A stretch of 64,000 nucleotides of DNA from NCBI GenBank assembly GCA_012295275.1, contig CM022668.1, forward strand, positions 7,936,001-8,000,000, written 5' to 3'. Below are positions 27,793 to 42,432 of this stretch, piece by piece. The DNA comes from Chrysomallon squamiferum (Eukaryota; Animalia; Mollusca). A program made the position numbers and the translations under genes. The notes below the pieces were generated by a model. The model saw only the letters and a list, made by a program, of their open reading frames with translations, did no database searches and was not told the DNA's origin. The first letter of the stretch is position 1. Each line of letters begins with the position of its first letter.

Positions 27793-30700
27793 GTCTGTCT
27801 GTCTGTGTACCTAGCTCTGTCACACTCATACAAACTACACACTTATCCACTGCATCTCTCGAAATTATTAAAAATGCTGTCCTGAACTTTAGACGGGAGC
27901 CTTAGGCAGTCGAGACGAGTCAGGTTCAGTGAGAAACACGCAGATGTTCTTCCAGCTTAAACTCACCAACCTGCGCTCTTCTCTGCCTCACCTAGCCAGC
28001 TTCTACCTAAACGAACATTACCGCAGCAAGAATTCACCGATAATGACAGGCACCACTTCTAAATGGGGCCGCTTTTTAGCAGACGTTCCTCGCGCTCTTT
28101 CGCGCCAGAAAAGCAATCAGCATTACCGAATGTTCTGTTGATTGCAGACTGTCTGTTTGATGAAGTGTTGGCCTGCTAGGCGTGCTGTGAGCTCCAGTTT
28201 TCCAGCTTTGAGAAATGACCGTCTGGGATAATGCTGGATAGTATCATCTGGTGTGTCTGTTGTCTTCGCTTTCTAGACTGATCGTTTTGAAAGTCTGTGA
28301 TATGTGATGTTCTGTTTGTGTGGAAGATTGAGTAGTTTGGAATACGTGCTTAATGGAAATGAGAAGGGAGAAGGTTTCGGGAGTTTAAGATGAAAGAAAA
28401 CCACAGATGAATGAAGAGGCAAATGAGAGAATGAAGGAAAGAAAAAGTGTTGAAAGATTATACGATAAAATAAATTGAGAGAGAGACAGAGCTGATGACA
28501 GACAGAAAGAAGAAGATTAACGGACAACGGATCATCATGTTTTATCAGTCAGTGTTTATTACCTACAGGTGTCCAAACAAACAAACAAAAACAAACACAT
28601 AAACACATGCATGTTCACATAAACAACAAGCATACACACAAACGCGCGCGTACAATACCTATGGACCAATAGAAACACCTTCACTCTCACACAAACATTC
28701 ACACACAAAATGCATTAGCAAACACAGAATATATAATCACGTACTTAACATACACACACATACAGTTCGGACAAATGTGATTAGCACAAAAGTACGCACA
28801 GGCACACACACACGGAGGTCGTAAATATGGGCGACCTTGTAGTATGGCCAGTGGCAGAAATCGAACAAACCATGATTGAAATTGTCGACTGAACTAGGAC
28901 AAATGCGCCGCCTTTCAGCGAATATTTCTTATCAGCTAACAAAACTCCATCAAATAATTAAATTACATATTCGTCGACAAAGCTTCATCACTTTGTTTAG
29001 CCAGTTACAGCTGTCTTTGCGTGGACATCTGACAACAACGTCTGCCGCCTGCCAACGACGATTACTACGTCTTCGATGTGTACAAATCTGGGTTTCAGCT
29101 CCTCACCTACATTTATAACTATAACATCAGTTTTGTAAAACAACAGCAATACAGTACAGTTTGCTAGGTGTGACAACGAAGTAAAGTATGAATCTTTAAA
29201 ACAAAAGTAACAACACCAATGACAGCAGCTAAAACCACAACAGCAACCGCAGTTAAGGAAGAAAAAACCCGAGAAAGTACTCTTAAGGCTGAAGATGAAA
29301 TAAACAAACTAGTAACGTTTACATTATACAGAACAACCCATACAACTATTAACCTGATCCAATAACAACACACACCTTATAATTGCTACTGTTTCCAACA
29401 ATTTAGAAGTTATAACCAGGACTTGGTAACGTTGCATTCTGAATCTAAATTCTGCAACTGTTGTATTCTTCAAGTCCTGGAAACTACAACGAGTCAAGAC
29501 AACATGATTCAGTCTTCATTTCGCTTTCATCTTCTTTTTCTAATATTCTTTTTCTTTTCTTTTTTACCTCCAGACACCAGATGGCGCTCAGTACAGAAAC
29601 GTTTCCAGATGACAGCCTTTCAGTCGGTTCTCACTCGAAGATGAGTTTTAAATTCGAGTGCTGGATTTACCAAATAACTCATTTCTTGACAGGCTCTCTC
29701 CATTATCTGATAGAACTCGACTGTTTTAGCTCATTTGGAAAGACAAAAATAATAAAGCCTGTAGGAGTGAATCATTGAAGATTTTTTTTCCCTCGTTATG
29801 AGCAATCTTCAACACCCCCGCTCATCTTAACAGTGTGTATCTTTGACATTGTGATTCTAAAAGAATGTATCTAGACAGACACCCCTATCTCTTTGTGATT
29901 ATATAGTGTATGCTGTGCTGTTCAGTAACTTGTATACCTGTATATTATTTCGCCTGATTTTAAAAATACACACATTTACAAAGGTTTTAAAAAAAAAAAA
30001 AAATCAGTCTCAGTTGTTCTCTTACTGTTCAAAAGATCTGAAATCTTTTCCAACTTGGAGATGTGTTGGGTCGTCACAAAAATGTAAAGTAAAAAGAAGA
30101 CAAAGAGAGAAAAATGTTTTACTCTGAATTTTTTAACTGGTAAATTTCGTCAAATCAGCAGACACCGGCCCGTTTACAACAGACAACAGTCAGCCAGGCT
30201 TTTCAGTCACGTGTAACCTCTTCCGCGGCCGCAACGACGACTTTTGTGACGTCATACGCTTGGCAATCGTGGCCGGAAGCCAGATTCAATATGATTTCAC
30301 GGAGATAATAGTAGATAGTCGTTTTTTCCGATGAAAGGTTCACGTGACAGTAATATTAACGTACTTACTGACCTTTTTCATTTCACCGATAATAACATTT
30401 ATTGGGCTGCAACATGTTTCATTTCTATCATGTTCTTTTTTTCTCTTTTTTATTTTTTAATTTTTTTATTATTATTTTTTTTTTATTGATAGTAGTAATT
30501 ATTATTATAACCAGTTTGATCCGGTTCCCAGTGTAAGAGAATGTTTATAACCTCATTTATAAGCACGCATTAACGTCGACAATTTAACAACTGAACTGAA
30601 AATGTACTTCACTTTCGAGCATAATATTACTTGATAATTATAATCCAGAGCGATGTTTTATTCGTCATTAAGAGCTGTAATCAAAGTAGAATTAAGTCAC

Positions 30701-30834
30701 TGACGTTCACTGTTATAACATTATTATTATTATTTCATGTAAGATTCATGACAGCTAATATTTTATAATCGCATTTAATATTTAATGTCAAGGTTAGAGG
30801 TACGAGCAGACATTTAAAACAGATTTAAAATACA

Positions 30835-30884
<50 letters not shown>

Positions 30885-31425
30885 CAGCAGCATCTGTATC
30901 ATTTTTATCATTAATATTTATATTATCATCATCGTCATTAATATTATTACTTTTATTATTGTTGTTGCTGTTGCTGTTGTCGTATGAAACTAGATTTAAC
31001 GTCAGCTGTAAGTTAATACTGTTGCTAAGATAACTGCAACAAGCGAAAACTAAAAGTGTATTTGTATTATTAATACTGAAAACGAAAACGTAAACTACAC
31101 CATTCTTAATATTTCATTTCAAAAGCTAAGCTAAACCATTATAAATATTTAAAAAGTAGGTTATCTATTATACAGATATTGATATTTTAAAAACAAGAGT
31201 TAAAGTGAGTGCTTCTGTTTTACAGTATAATGCTTCTTTCTCTACCTAGATCCCGCCATGTCCTTTTAAAATAATATTTAGATTTCAAACATGTCATTAT
31301 GATTTATACGAATCATTGATTTTGGGCCTTTTGTTATTTTCTTGCACAGTAATTTTAAAAAAATAAACGTTGGCGTATATTTTCTATTTATTACAAAGTT
31401 CAGATATCCCAGTTTATCTCACCAC

Positions 31426-31488
<63 letters not shown>

Positions 31489-31490
31489 AA

Positions 31491-31521
<31 letters not shown>

Positions 31522-31697
31522 ATCTTACTTCTGAGCAACTTCTTCTTCTACAAGTCTATATTAACAAGGTATACAAACTAAACGTCATCTCTTTATGACG
31601 TCATAATATATTTTGGTCTCTTCCGCTTAGAAATGTTAATTAAACCTCACTAAATACTCAGCTCTATTTGCAGCTAGGCGTTCATAAAGATACATTG

Positions 31698-31728
<31 letters not shown>

Positions 31729-32203
31729 TTTTGGTAGTAAAAAAGTATTTGTTGCCAATGCTGAATATTTCGTTACATTTTCAATCAGTCATTAGCGACT
31801 AGAATCTGTATCATTTAGTCTGTAAAATTCGCAGCAGTGCAGCTGAAAAGCCCTGAATCTTGCTGGAGTAGCAACAATTGGAGGTATTTTTTAAATACAA
31901 TTTGTAGATGGATTTTTGTTTGTCGATCAACATTTTAATTACACACACAGTTTCTTGATTGTCGGTTTCCAGAAAGGTGCAGAAGCGATCAATTTTGTGA
32001 ATAAACACATATTTTTAAATGCTTTGATATGTGAACAATTGAGCCAGCAAATGTTTAATAGTCCCTTTGATGTCTAAATTTAATGTCGAATATGCAAATA
32101 TCTTTGATAAGATCTAGATCCAGCATTTTACAAATACAACGATTGTACACTTTGAAGTAGTTAGCTGAGAGACATAAACACACAATGAGAGACATAAACA
32201 CAC

Positions 32204-32284
<81 letters not shown>

Positions 32285-33640
32285 AAACCTGTAATGAATT
32301 ACTTTGTACTTCTTGCACGGCGACACATGCGTAAAACATTCAACACTGGCGTCAGTTAGAGATATCTCACGTCACATTAAAATCGACAACAATTCATATT
32401 CAACGTCTGCCTCTTCCTTTCGTCTTCTTCTTTTTCCCGCCCCTTGTTACCATGACAAAGAGACGCTTTCGTCGACTAGCGTGTTATTACAAACAAACGT
32501 CAAAAGTAACGTATTAAACTGCTAACGTGAAGTAGCGTCCACCCAGCCAGCGCGAGCAAACTACTTCTGACACTTTATAGATTACTTCAACAAAACCAGT
32601 CAGGCAGTCTTATACATCAACAGCACGTCGTAGCTGTTGTATGCACTAATATGTTGCAGTGACATCATCCGTCACGACTATTTTACAAAACGATTCTTAC
32701 CATCGCCTTATTTTGTTGTTGTTGTTTTTGTTGTATGTTTCCTTGGCAGAGGAAAAAAATTTGGGTTAATGGATAACGATGATGACGTTGATGATGATGA
32801 TAATCTGAGGTCGTGTTAACGTTTTATTTATTATGAAAAAAAATGAATGGAAACTTACGTTGATGACGACGATGATGAAAGATGAAGATGATGATGACAA
32901 TGATAATGGCGATCTGTGTAATTAAGATAATCATTAGGGTGACTTTAAGGCCCCGTTCATGCTTTGAAAAAGAAATACTTTACATGTTAAATTAAAAATT
33001 TAAATAATAGCAATAAATGAATTAAAACAAATAACAAACAAACAAAACAAACAAATAAATAAAAACATATTTATTAATATTAAAGTTGTGCCGAGACTAG
33101 CTTCAGTAAGCTCTAATTATAATGTTTGTGTAATCTCTCTCGCCCCGGATAACACACGCAACACAGTAGTTCTCTTCTCTGCAACATGGATACAGGTTTT
33201 ATCAAAACAAATCTGAATCACATCCCTGCGTCCATCAGCTGTTATGAAATATTAGAAATGAAACACTACCCCACTGGAGTTTCAAAGCGAGCAGCCAATG
33301 CACAGAACACGTGTTCCGCGGCTGATAACAGCAGCTTTTTCTCCCGCGTTTGAAGCCGCCGTGCTCGCAGTGCTGTACGTGATGCAACTGGAGATTGATA
33401 GCGCGGGAGGTGAAGGGGGAGCCGTGGAAATCACTAGAAAACAAACACGTGCATTAACACGTGTGCATTGACACTGAAGTGAGCGGCGAGAGCTTGGGAA
33501 CAAGTAGGTTTCCGTTTCCGAAACGATAAACTTACGATTATCGTATTTCTCTTTGAACTTCTTTTTCAAAAAATTAAACCGGTTGGTTAACTAATGGGAT
33601 TTATCAAGAGATATGGAGGTTGCGGTGTTCAACGGGATGG

Positions 33641-33702
<62 letters not shown>

Positions 33703-33739
33703 TAAAAAAAAAAAAATGCTGATTCTTCATCTTTGGTGT

Positions 33740-33798
<59 letters not shown>

Positions 33799-36700
33799 CA
33801 ACATGCGTGTCTGTGTGTTCATGAGAGAGAGAGAGAGTGTGAGAGACTTCAGTAGAAAATTTACTATCTTTAAACATTTCTGTCTTTCCCAAATTCGAAA
33901 CTATATGGAACGTAATGACAATAATAAGAAGATGATGAAAACGAGGAAGAAGAAGAAGATGATGATGAAGATGATGATAATGATGATGAAAATGTTGGGA
34001 CCACTGGTATGAAGCAACCATTCACGCATTAACGTTCGCTAGGGGCGTATCGTAATTAATCAGACTGTACGGTTCACGCCTCGTCCCCCGGGCGCTGCTG
34101 GCCGAGTTAGCTCAGTCGTGCGGTTTTAATTACAGCACCGAGCAGGAGACGAGCGTTTTACCACAGAACTCGTCGTTTCTAAGGGCTGAATTTCTGAAAA
34201 TGCTTAAAGATACCATTTTAAAGATCCAAATTTTGTGTCTAGACTTCTAACGTCAGAAGCTTCTATTTTTAGTATCAGCCCCGTTCCAGATTTATTCGAC
34301 TCTGTCTTGCAAATTGTACATGTATAGAGATTATGATGTACTGTTATATGCGTTACCAGTTCCAACTACAGTTCATACATATAAATCTCAAATATACATC
34401 GTTAAGCGTTGTTAAAATTTGTACAAAACCCTTAAAATATTAAACATTATAATATGTTAGTTATGTGGCATTTTAGTTTGTTATTGGTTATTTCTTTTCT
34501 TTCCTTCCTCTACGCTGTATAGTAACGACAGTATATAAGAAGGACAGCTGGAGAATAGTCACTTGTATTCAGATTAAGTCTTCCATTAAAAACCTGCAGA
34601 ACCTGATACAAGAATAGATACGTCTTTCAGCGTTATTTACGTATTAGCATTCTAATTTAAAATAATAAATCATAATAATAATAATAATAATACTTTCTTT
34701 CAGACTGATCGACTGGTTTTACGTTGTTGTATAATAACCTGTGTGGTTACGCGAGTGTTGGTAATACATCGTGTTATAGCGCTTGTTAGTCCACGTCTCT
34801 GACGCCAAACGAAAAGTGTTAGGTTAGAGTCAGACTGATTAAACATACAGAGGACCATCAAAATTTAGTTTCAAAAGAAAGAAAGAAAGAAAAATATATT
34901 TCTCTAAGAGCGATATAATTTTTACTAATCTGCATTGTTTTTAGCACACTGGCTTAATATACTGCGTTATTACATGAACACTATGGTTCTCTGTGGGCGC
35001 TGGCGGAAATTACATACGTCAGTTCATTAGACGGTTTCATACACATCAAAGCTTGTTGAATGCGCCATTCCGTCGGCGGAAAACTCGACGCAGAATGTTA
35101 TTATACTGTTCCATACCAGAACCGGATTAACGGTACCCTGCTTTTAAATATCAGCGATCCATAAGCCAGCTATGACAACAGACGATTTTTGTTTCTTTAA
35201 GTAACTGTCTGCTTGCGGTTTACTCTGTTGTTTGTTTCGTGTAATCTCTGCAGTGTGGCGTTCTATCTCTTTGTTGCAGTAACTAGGTCACAGACGATTC
35301 TTGGCGGCCATGTTGAAGCAGTTCACTACATGTAAATATAAATATTACACTTGTTCCCCCGTGGGCGCACGCTGTTACAGCCTTGGACCTTGTTAGACTG
35401 AAGTCCTCAGCGTATTAATACACATTAAAAACTCGATTAGCATAATTGTAAGACGTGAATAAAATACATACAGTAAGAACAAACGTTGCCTGTTGAGGAA
35501 AGAAAGAGACAGAGCGCGTATACATTTATGTAAAGGAAAGAGGGAGGGGGGGGAATGCGCGTGTTAATTTTGTTTAAGGTTTACATCAGTCTTTTTCACG
35601 GGTTTTTATTACAGCAGAAAAAAAAATGTGTACATTTCTACTGTTTTAACAGTAAGTGATTCAAACAAACATAAACAATTAAAAATAACAACAAAAATAT
35701 TTTTAAAAAAAACGAAAACAAAAAAAAGACAAGAAACGAAACAAAAAACTTATCAGCAGTTTTTCTACGTTTTGTAACAGAGGTGCGTGGGAATTCGAAA
35801 GTGGGATTTCACACATCAGCAGTTTCCTTTCTGTAAACGCTGTTATTATTTGCTGAGCGTGCTTCTCAAACGGTTATTTTCCGATTCCGGTATAAAGTAC
35901 AAAACAAACAAAGTTTATGATAAGGACCAGTTGCCGACGTCACGCCCTAGGTCAACGACCTGCGCGGGTTATCTGACCTTTGTTTCGTTCATCTGTTACT
36001 GTTAGTGTGACAGCACCTATAAGTTAGTTTTAAAAAGAAAAGAAAAGAAAGAAAAAAAAAGAGGAAGAAATAAAGAAACGAAAGTCTGATTTGTAATACA
36101 TTCAAAACATATCTTCTTCTTATGTTACTATGTTAATTTTCTTATTTTCTTTCTTGTTTTTTTATTTGTGTGTGTTTATCGCGTTGATTTAAAATGCACC
36201 AGACACAAAAAATAGCAAGCAACCTCTACTGTATTTATAATGTAATTTTAATTTTTCACTGTTTGTCGGAGTAAAGGACAATGCTGCACAATAAGCGAGT
36301 ACATAATTAATTGCTTTCGTTCGACTACGGTTCTAGGACATAACTTAGAGTGGGAGGCTTCAGCCTGTAATTTCGTATGTGTGTGTATATGTGTTGTGTC
36401 CACATTTAGTGTTTTCGTTTTATTCCTGCGAAAAATAGCGAACTAACTCCCGCCAATTTTGTTACCCTGAACCCCGTTATTCTAGAACCGGCCCTGTCTA
36501 TTACATAAAACCAAGTCCCTTCATTGCCATTAATAAAATCTGAAACCTCACTTACACGTTTTGTGGGCTTGGGGGGGAGGCAACAAGCAAAATATTTTCC
36601 ACGCAGTGTTCACCGGCGCTGTTGGGTGCAGAAAATATGGTAATTACATCACGTGACCGACATGTTAACGTGGAAAAGACACTGCCCGCCAAAAACATAA

Positions 36701-36916
36701 TTATACGAACATATGTACTGGTCTGCGTGGCGAGAACACAACAAAACTGTCTTCAGCAGGCGATAGCGGATTTAAACATAAAAAAAAAAAAAAAATGAAA
36801 AATAAAATTAATAGTACACATGAAATGAATAGCGAGCATGTTGTGGTACATTTGTATGAGTAATATCTGGCAGAGAACGGTTTTAGCAAGGTTGTAGTGA
36901 GCAAAGGAAAAAAAAA

Positions 36917-37241
36917 CACAAATGTAATTTTAATAAATGGAGAAATACAAGACGTTTTTAGAAATGGGAGATAAATAGAAAATGGTTTCCTTGTTTCTAG
37001 AGAAAGAGCCGGCCTGAACAAATGTATTTATTCTGTAAGTTTTAAAACAACTAACCTTTAAAAAACAAGAAAGTCAAATTAATAATTAAGAATGTGAAAA
37101 TAGTTGATAGTTATTTCATTTTTTTAGACGTCATGAAACATGACAGGATGTGAGATCAGTTCTCTTCGCTACCACTGCTGTGTTCTGTTTCTAACGACTC
37201 GTTTTATCAAAATCCATGTTTCTGCATTTGATCATTCTGTT
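36917..37241 (+). repeat. Direct repeat copy 1 (325 bp, followed by (CT)n)
   Basis: Colinear with 49402-49726. The first ~125 nt are identical, with about 11 substitutions overall. Confidence 0.95.
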
Positions 37242-37246
37242 GAAAC

Positions 37247-37320
<74 letters not shown>

Positions 37321-37595
37321 TCACACACACACACACACAACAACCGTTATTATTCCCATCTACAAAACTATGCTTCGACGACTTCCCTAACTGAGCCACA
37401 CCCGTCTAGCAGCAGCAGTGTTCTCGAAGAATGACATCAGCAGATGACTAAGCTAGAAATGCAAGATGTCGTGTACGTGGAAATCTGGCTGCAATTCCGC
37501 CAGACATAGTGAATCACAAAGCGAATAGCAAGCAACAGAGCAAATCGTTGTAAAAGCTATCATAATAGATTACATTCATACAATTACACTGTTTT

Positions 37596-37631
<36 letters not shown>

Positions 37632-39142
37632 ACACAGACACTCAATGTATGAACTTACCGATCTATAGTCTCATCTTTCAGAAGTATTACAGTTGTAGCA
37701 GTTGTTGCTGCTGCTGTCGTTACTGTTTTGTGATCCTTTTTGTGTGTGTGTGTGTGTGTGTGTTCTTAACATACTGATTTTATAAATATTCAAAATATCT
37801 GCGATCCATACATCAGTTTTTCTACCAGTTTCATTTATCTGTTTTTTTCTTTCATCTTTCTTCTCCTTCGCCTTCTTAATGTTACTTTTGCTGCTGTTGT
37901 ACATATTATCACTCGTATTTTCATTATTATCATTACCGGCTAAGAACAAAAAGTTCAGTCTGAGATAAATATATTAGTCGCTATCTTCGTTTCTTTGTTT
38001 TTTTGTAAGTGCTATTTTTAATATTCTCTGCAGCTGAGGGAAAGTGGGGTATGAGATCAGCTTGCATTCTATTGGTCAACGTCTTGCAAAGTACACCGCG
38101 CGTATGACATCAGCAATAAAAACAAGCTTTGACCTTTTTTTCTTTTCTCTCCCCTTCTGCAGACTTCTGGCGGTAATTATCATTTTACCAATCTTCAGAG
38201 TAATTTTTAGCGACGTCAGACACATTTTCAAACAGCGTATCTTTTTACAGGGTCTACTCGATCTGTTGATACGTAACAGTTAAAAGCAAGCCACTGACAG
38301 GCTGTGGGATCGATTCTGCATATAGTATTGTTGGGTTATCTTCGGTTACAACCAGCTTGTTTGACTGGTTTATTAAAAATCGTGTGATAAACCATTCTGG
38401 CTAACGATTAGTTAAAATTATATTGCTGCTAACAGCTGATGAAATGTAGACAATCGGTTTCCTCTTTAAAATCTTCATTTAGAAATGGGTATTAATAATT
38501 CTTCTTCTTAAAATATGTTCACGAAATACTGAACTTTACAGTTGTTTAGCTGAAGTCATGGGCTGTGTGCATGACAGAAATACCTGGTGGGGGGATGTAA
38601 GCCAGCCTATCTCACATTAACAATCATTGTCTATAGATCAGATAAGTAACAAATATATGACCTTTCATGTTACCTATTAAACAGTCAAAATAATTATTTG
38701 TTTGGTAATGGATTAATGTATTTTAATGAACCAATATCTGACGTCATTCCTGAGTAAATGACCTTTTTATTACATAATTAGTGAGGCGTGAAGTAACATT
38801 CAGAATTACAGTTTTATCATTGTTGTTGTTGCTGTAGTTCACACCGCAGCCCACAAACTAGAAAAACAAGTATGACTGTTTGATGACATCATTACAGAAA
38901 TATTTAAAAGATTAATCATTGTAAAAATGTTGGAGACACCAATCACGAACACACGCACATAAATAAACATACGTAAACCCAGTTGATACATATATTGACA
39001 CAAATATTTGATTATACGTAAACAAAAATCGGAAATTTGTTTTTATTCGTTCATACCTAGTATTACATCCACATATGCATATGTTGATATGTGTGTGCAG
39101 ACACGTAACAGAAACACAAACTGATTTATATACACTGATAGT

Positions 39143-39185
<43 letters not shown>

Positions 39186-40265
39186 TCTTAGCCACATAAT
39201 TAATTTATAAATTTCTCGTGATGTAAAATAATTGCGCTATTAATAATGTATAACTGCCGAGCATGGTTGTACACACTACTTCCTGGTCTGCATGTGTCAC
39301 ACACCAGATGCGTTTCACAGACAAACGAGCCGTTGTGAAGTACGTGTATCATGAACACACAACGAGAGTTATCGTCCTTGGTGTTGTATAACACAGTCTG
39401 CTCAGTGACAAAACGGTGAAATTTCCTACCTTTAGGCTGAAGAAATAAAAACATCTGTTTCTGGTCATGGTTCTACCATAGTTTCACAAACTATCACAGT
39501 CCCCACCAGGATACGACTGTAGTACCCAAACTGCTTTGACTTCTCTGCTCTGATTTAATTACACCATTCATCAGATTTAATCACAGAATCGACAAAGCTA
39601 AGACTGAGGTAGCCTCGATGTTTGACTGCAGCATCCCGGAGGTTTGATCTTAACACCGATAACACTTTGTTATAATTTCTAAAAAGAATTTATTCGTGGT
39701 ACCCAGCAGGCTTTGATTATTTTAGTACCAACTAGATTTTAATAGCCTGTCATGGCAACTGTCTCTGGTTGCTCAGTTGTCATGGTAACTGTTGATAGAA
39801 GGGAGAAGGCTCTCGTACACTGATACAGTTTGTTCAGTTATGGCTGCCATGGTACTGGCTTAATTAACATACATTTACATCACTGGTAGGTGTTTATGTT
39901 GTAAAAATACGAATAAATGATCTAATAAAATTCTATTAAATTTTAAAGTTATTATTGTATTGTCCTGGACCAGCCATCTTCGCTAATAATGAAGTGTGAC
40001 AAGTAAAATAATATTGTTAAAATCATTTACACGCAGTCATTTTAATCCTGCCCATCCAGCTGTAACGTCATCGCTTAACGGCAGTAAACAAAATTGCGCC
40101 CAGACCCGATTACGTCACTACACAAAAATGACGTCACGCAGAATTTTTTTTATCCTTTATTCTTAGTTAAGTCTGGATAGAACAAGAAAAAACAATAGTA
40201 ACAACAAACAAACTAAATAAAAATAAGAAAATAATTTATTTATTTATTTTTGTATTATTATTTTA

Positions 40266-40348
<83 letters not shown>

Positions 40349-42389
40349 TTATTGTGCATGTATTATTTATGGTAGTTATTATTTTTGACAAACTCTATTG
40401 ATAACAGCTGTCAAAAAGATTAATTTAAATAAATGACACACAATAAGTTAATATTAAAATCATATCAGCTGTTGCTAAACAAATATTCTTTCTTCATTAC
40501 CTAAATCCAGTAATCTCTAGCAAATCGTTTTATAATTGAAGATCAAAGTAAAAACACTGACACCTCACACCTACCCTGAAAAGGTACATTTTATATGTGT
40601 GTACCTGTTTGTACCTGTCCTACCATAGTTTCTATCTCTGACACATTAAACTCTGCTGACCAGAAGACAAATGTATACACTAACAGGCAGAATCTATGTA
40701 TGTGTTACTGAGTGCCAGTATACATACATATGTACGTACATACATATATATTTACATCCATGCATACAAAAATATAAAACAATAAATATACTTACATGCA
40801 TAGATGAAGATATACATATTAACAGACAATACATGTATACATGTAACACACACAGACATACACATATATATTCAGTATACCTACATACATATATACAATA
40901 AATAATCACACATACATGTTTAAATAAATTATACATGAGCATATACATAGATTATATTACAAATACATACATATTCATGCAGACCATCACTGGCACACTC
41001 AGACAGACACAGAAACACAAACACACATACATCCATACCTGCACACCTACCTACCTACATACACACAATCACACATCAAAAATATATATCCCATAAACAA
41101 TCTTCTATCACAAATAAACAAATAAATAAACAAAATATAACAACAGCAACAATAACAGTCTCACAATAAAACTTTAAAGTACAAAGCTTAAAATACCCAT
41201 GGCATTAGCACACCAGTCAGTCATGCTGCACTAAAACAAATAATTATTTATGTTGGCCTAATTCTCACGTTACCTATCTGCACCAGGTAAAACTGATAGT
41301 TTCAGGTAGGAGCTACTGTTGTAACAACAGTTTTCATAAACATGTACACACCATGATTCACTGCCCTTCTGAAAACAGCCACCTGTGTAAAAGTACATCA
41401 TCAGACATGTTTCCCCATAAATGAGGTTTCATGTTACCTGTACATACCAGCACCTGTTTCTTTTAATTAGGTTTTATAATATATTACCTCAGTCCAGCAA
41501 CCACCTACTTATAACATACTTACTGGCCATGTAAGAAGTTTTATATGACGTATTATTAATTTTGTTTTGTTCTGTTTTATTGTTTGTTTGTTGTTGTTTT
41601 GAAAAACAGATAAGATTCCAACAATCCCTATAAAAACAGCAAACATATCTGCATAAAACAGGTTTCCAAAGATCTTTATTGCTTTATGTTAAAAAAATAA
41701 AATAAGATAAAACAACTGAAAGAGAGAAGTCTTATCATTCCAATAACCAGTACAAACATACAACATGTCCACATAAAACATGTTTTATTTAATCTTTAGT
41801 TAACACAAATATACAAAAAAGTAAAAAACAAAACCAAAATAACAAAAACACAAACAAGAAAAAGAAAGGAATATTATATATATATATATATATAGATAAA
41901 TAAAATAAAATAAATGAGTAAGAAAATAAATAAATAAATAAAAAATAAATAAAATAAGTTCACCATTTGCATTTGCAATAAGTAATATTACAAGAATATG
42001 TAACCTGCACATACAAGCACCTGTCTAAAGATACCATTTACAGCCTTACATGGTCACATTACAGAGGTTTGGTATTAATGATTCTGTGAGATTTGATACC
42101 AGCTGTTGTAGTAGTTGCCATTAATAATGATAAGTGATTGTATTACATGAATTAAATGATAAAAATAATATGAAATACTGAAATTTACATATTTAACATA
42201 TAAAATACATCTTTTTTCTTTTTTGTTTGTTTGTCTAATGACTAAACAAACAGAAATTATATTTTCCCAAGTAAACTAAAATATGCAAAATATATTTCAT
42301 TGTCAAGTTCATATCACTTCCTCATATCATTAGAATTATCTCCCCTTCTTGATATCCTTTTTCATTTTCTTCTTTATATTCCGGCCTAC

Positions 42390-42432
<43 letters not shown>

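Noticed and set aside
32399-32453. Basic mini-ORF MVTRGGKKKKTKGRGRR on the minus strand as Mkx exon 1
   Set aside because: It terminates at TGA with no usable donor. The exon at 44917-45134 fits phase and promoter context far better.
37671-37949. 92-aa ORF as an Mkx coding exon
   Set aside because: Its frame needs a phase-1 acceptor whereas exon 1 ends in phase 2. It also runs through a CA repeat and stops before the donor.
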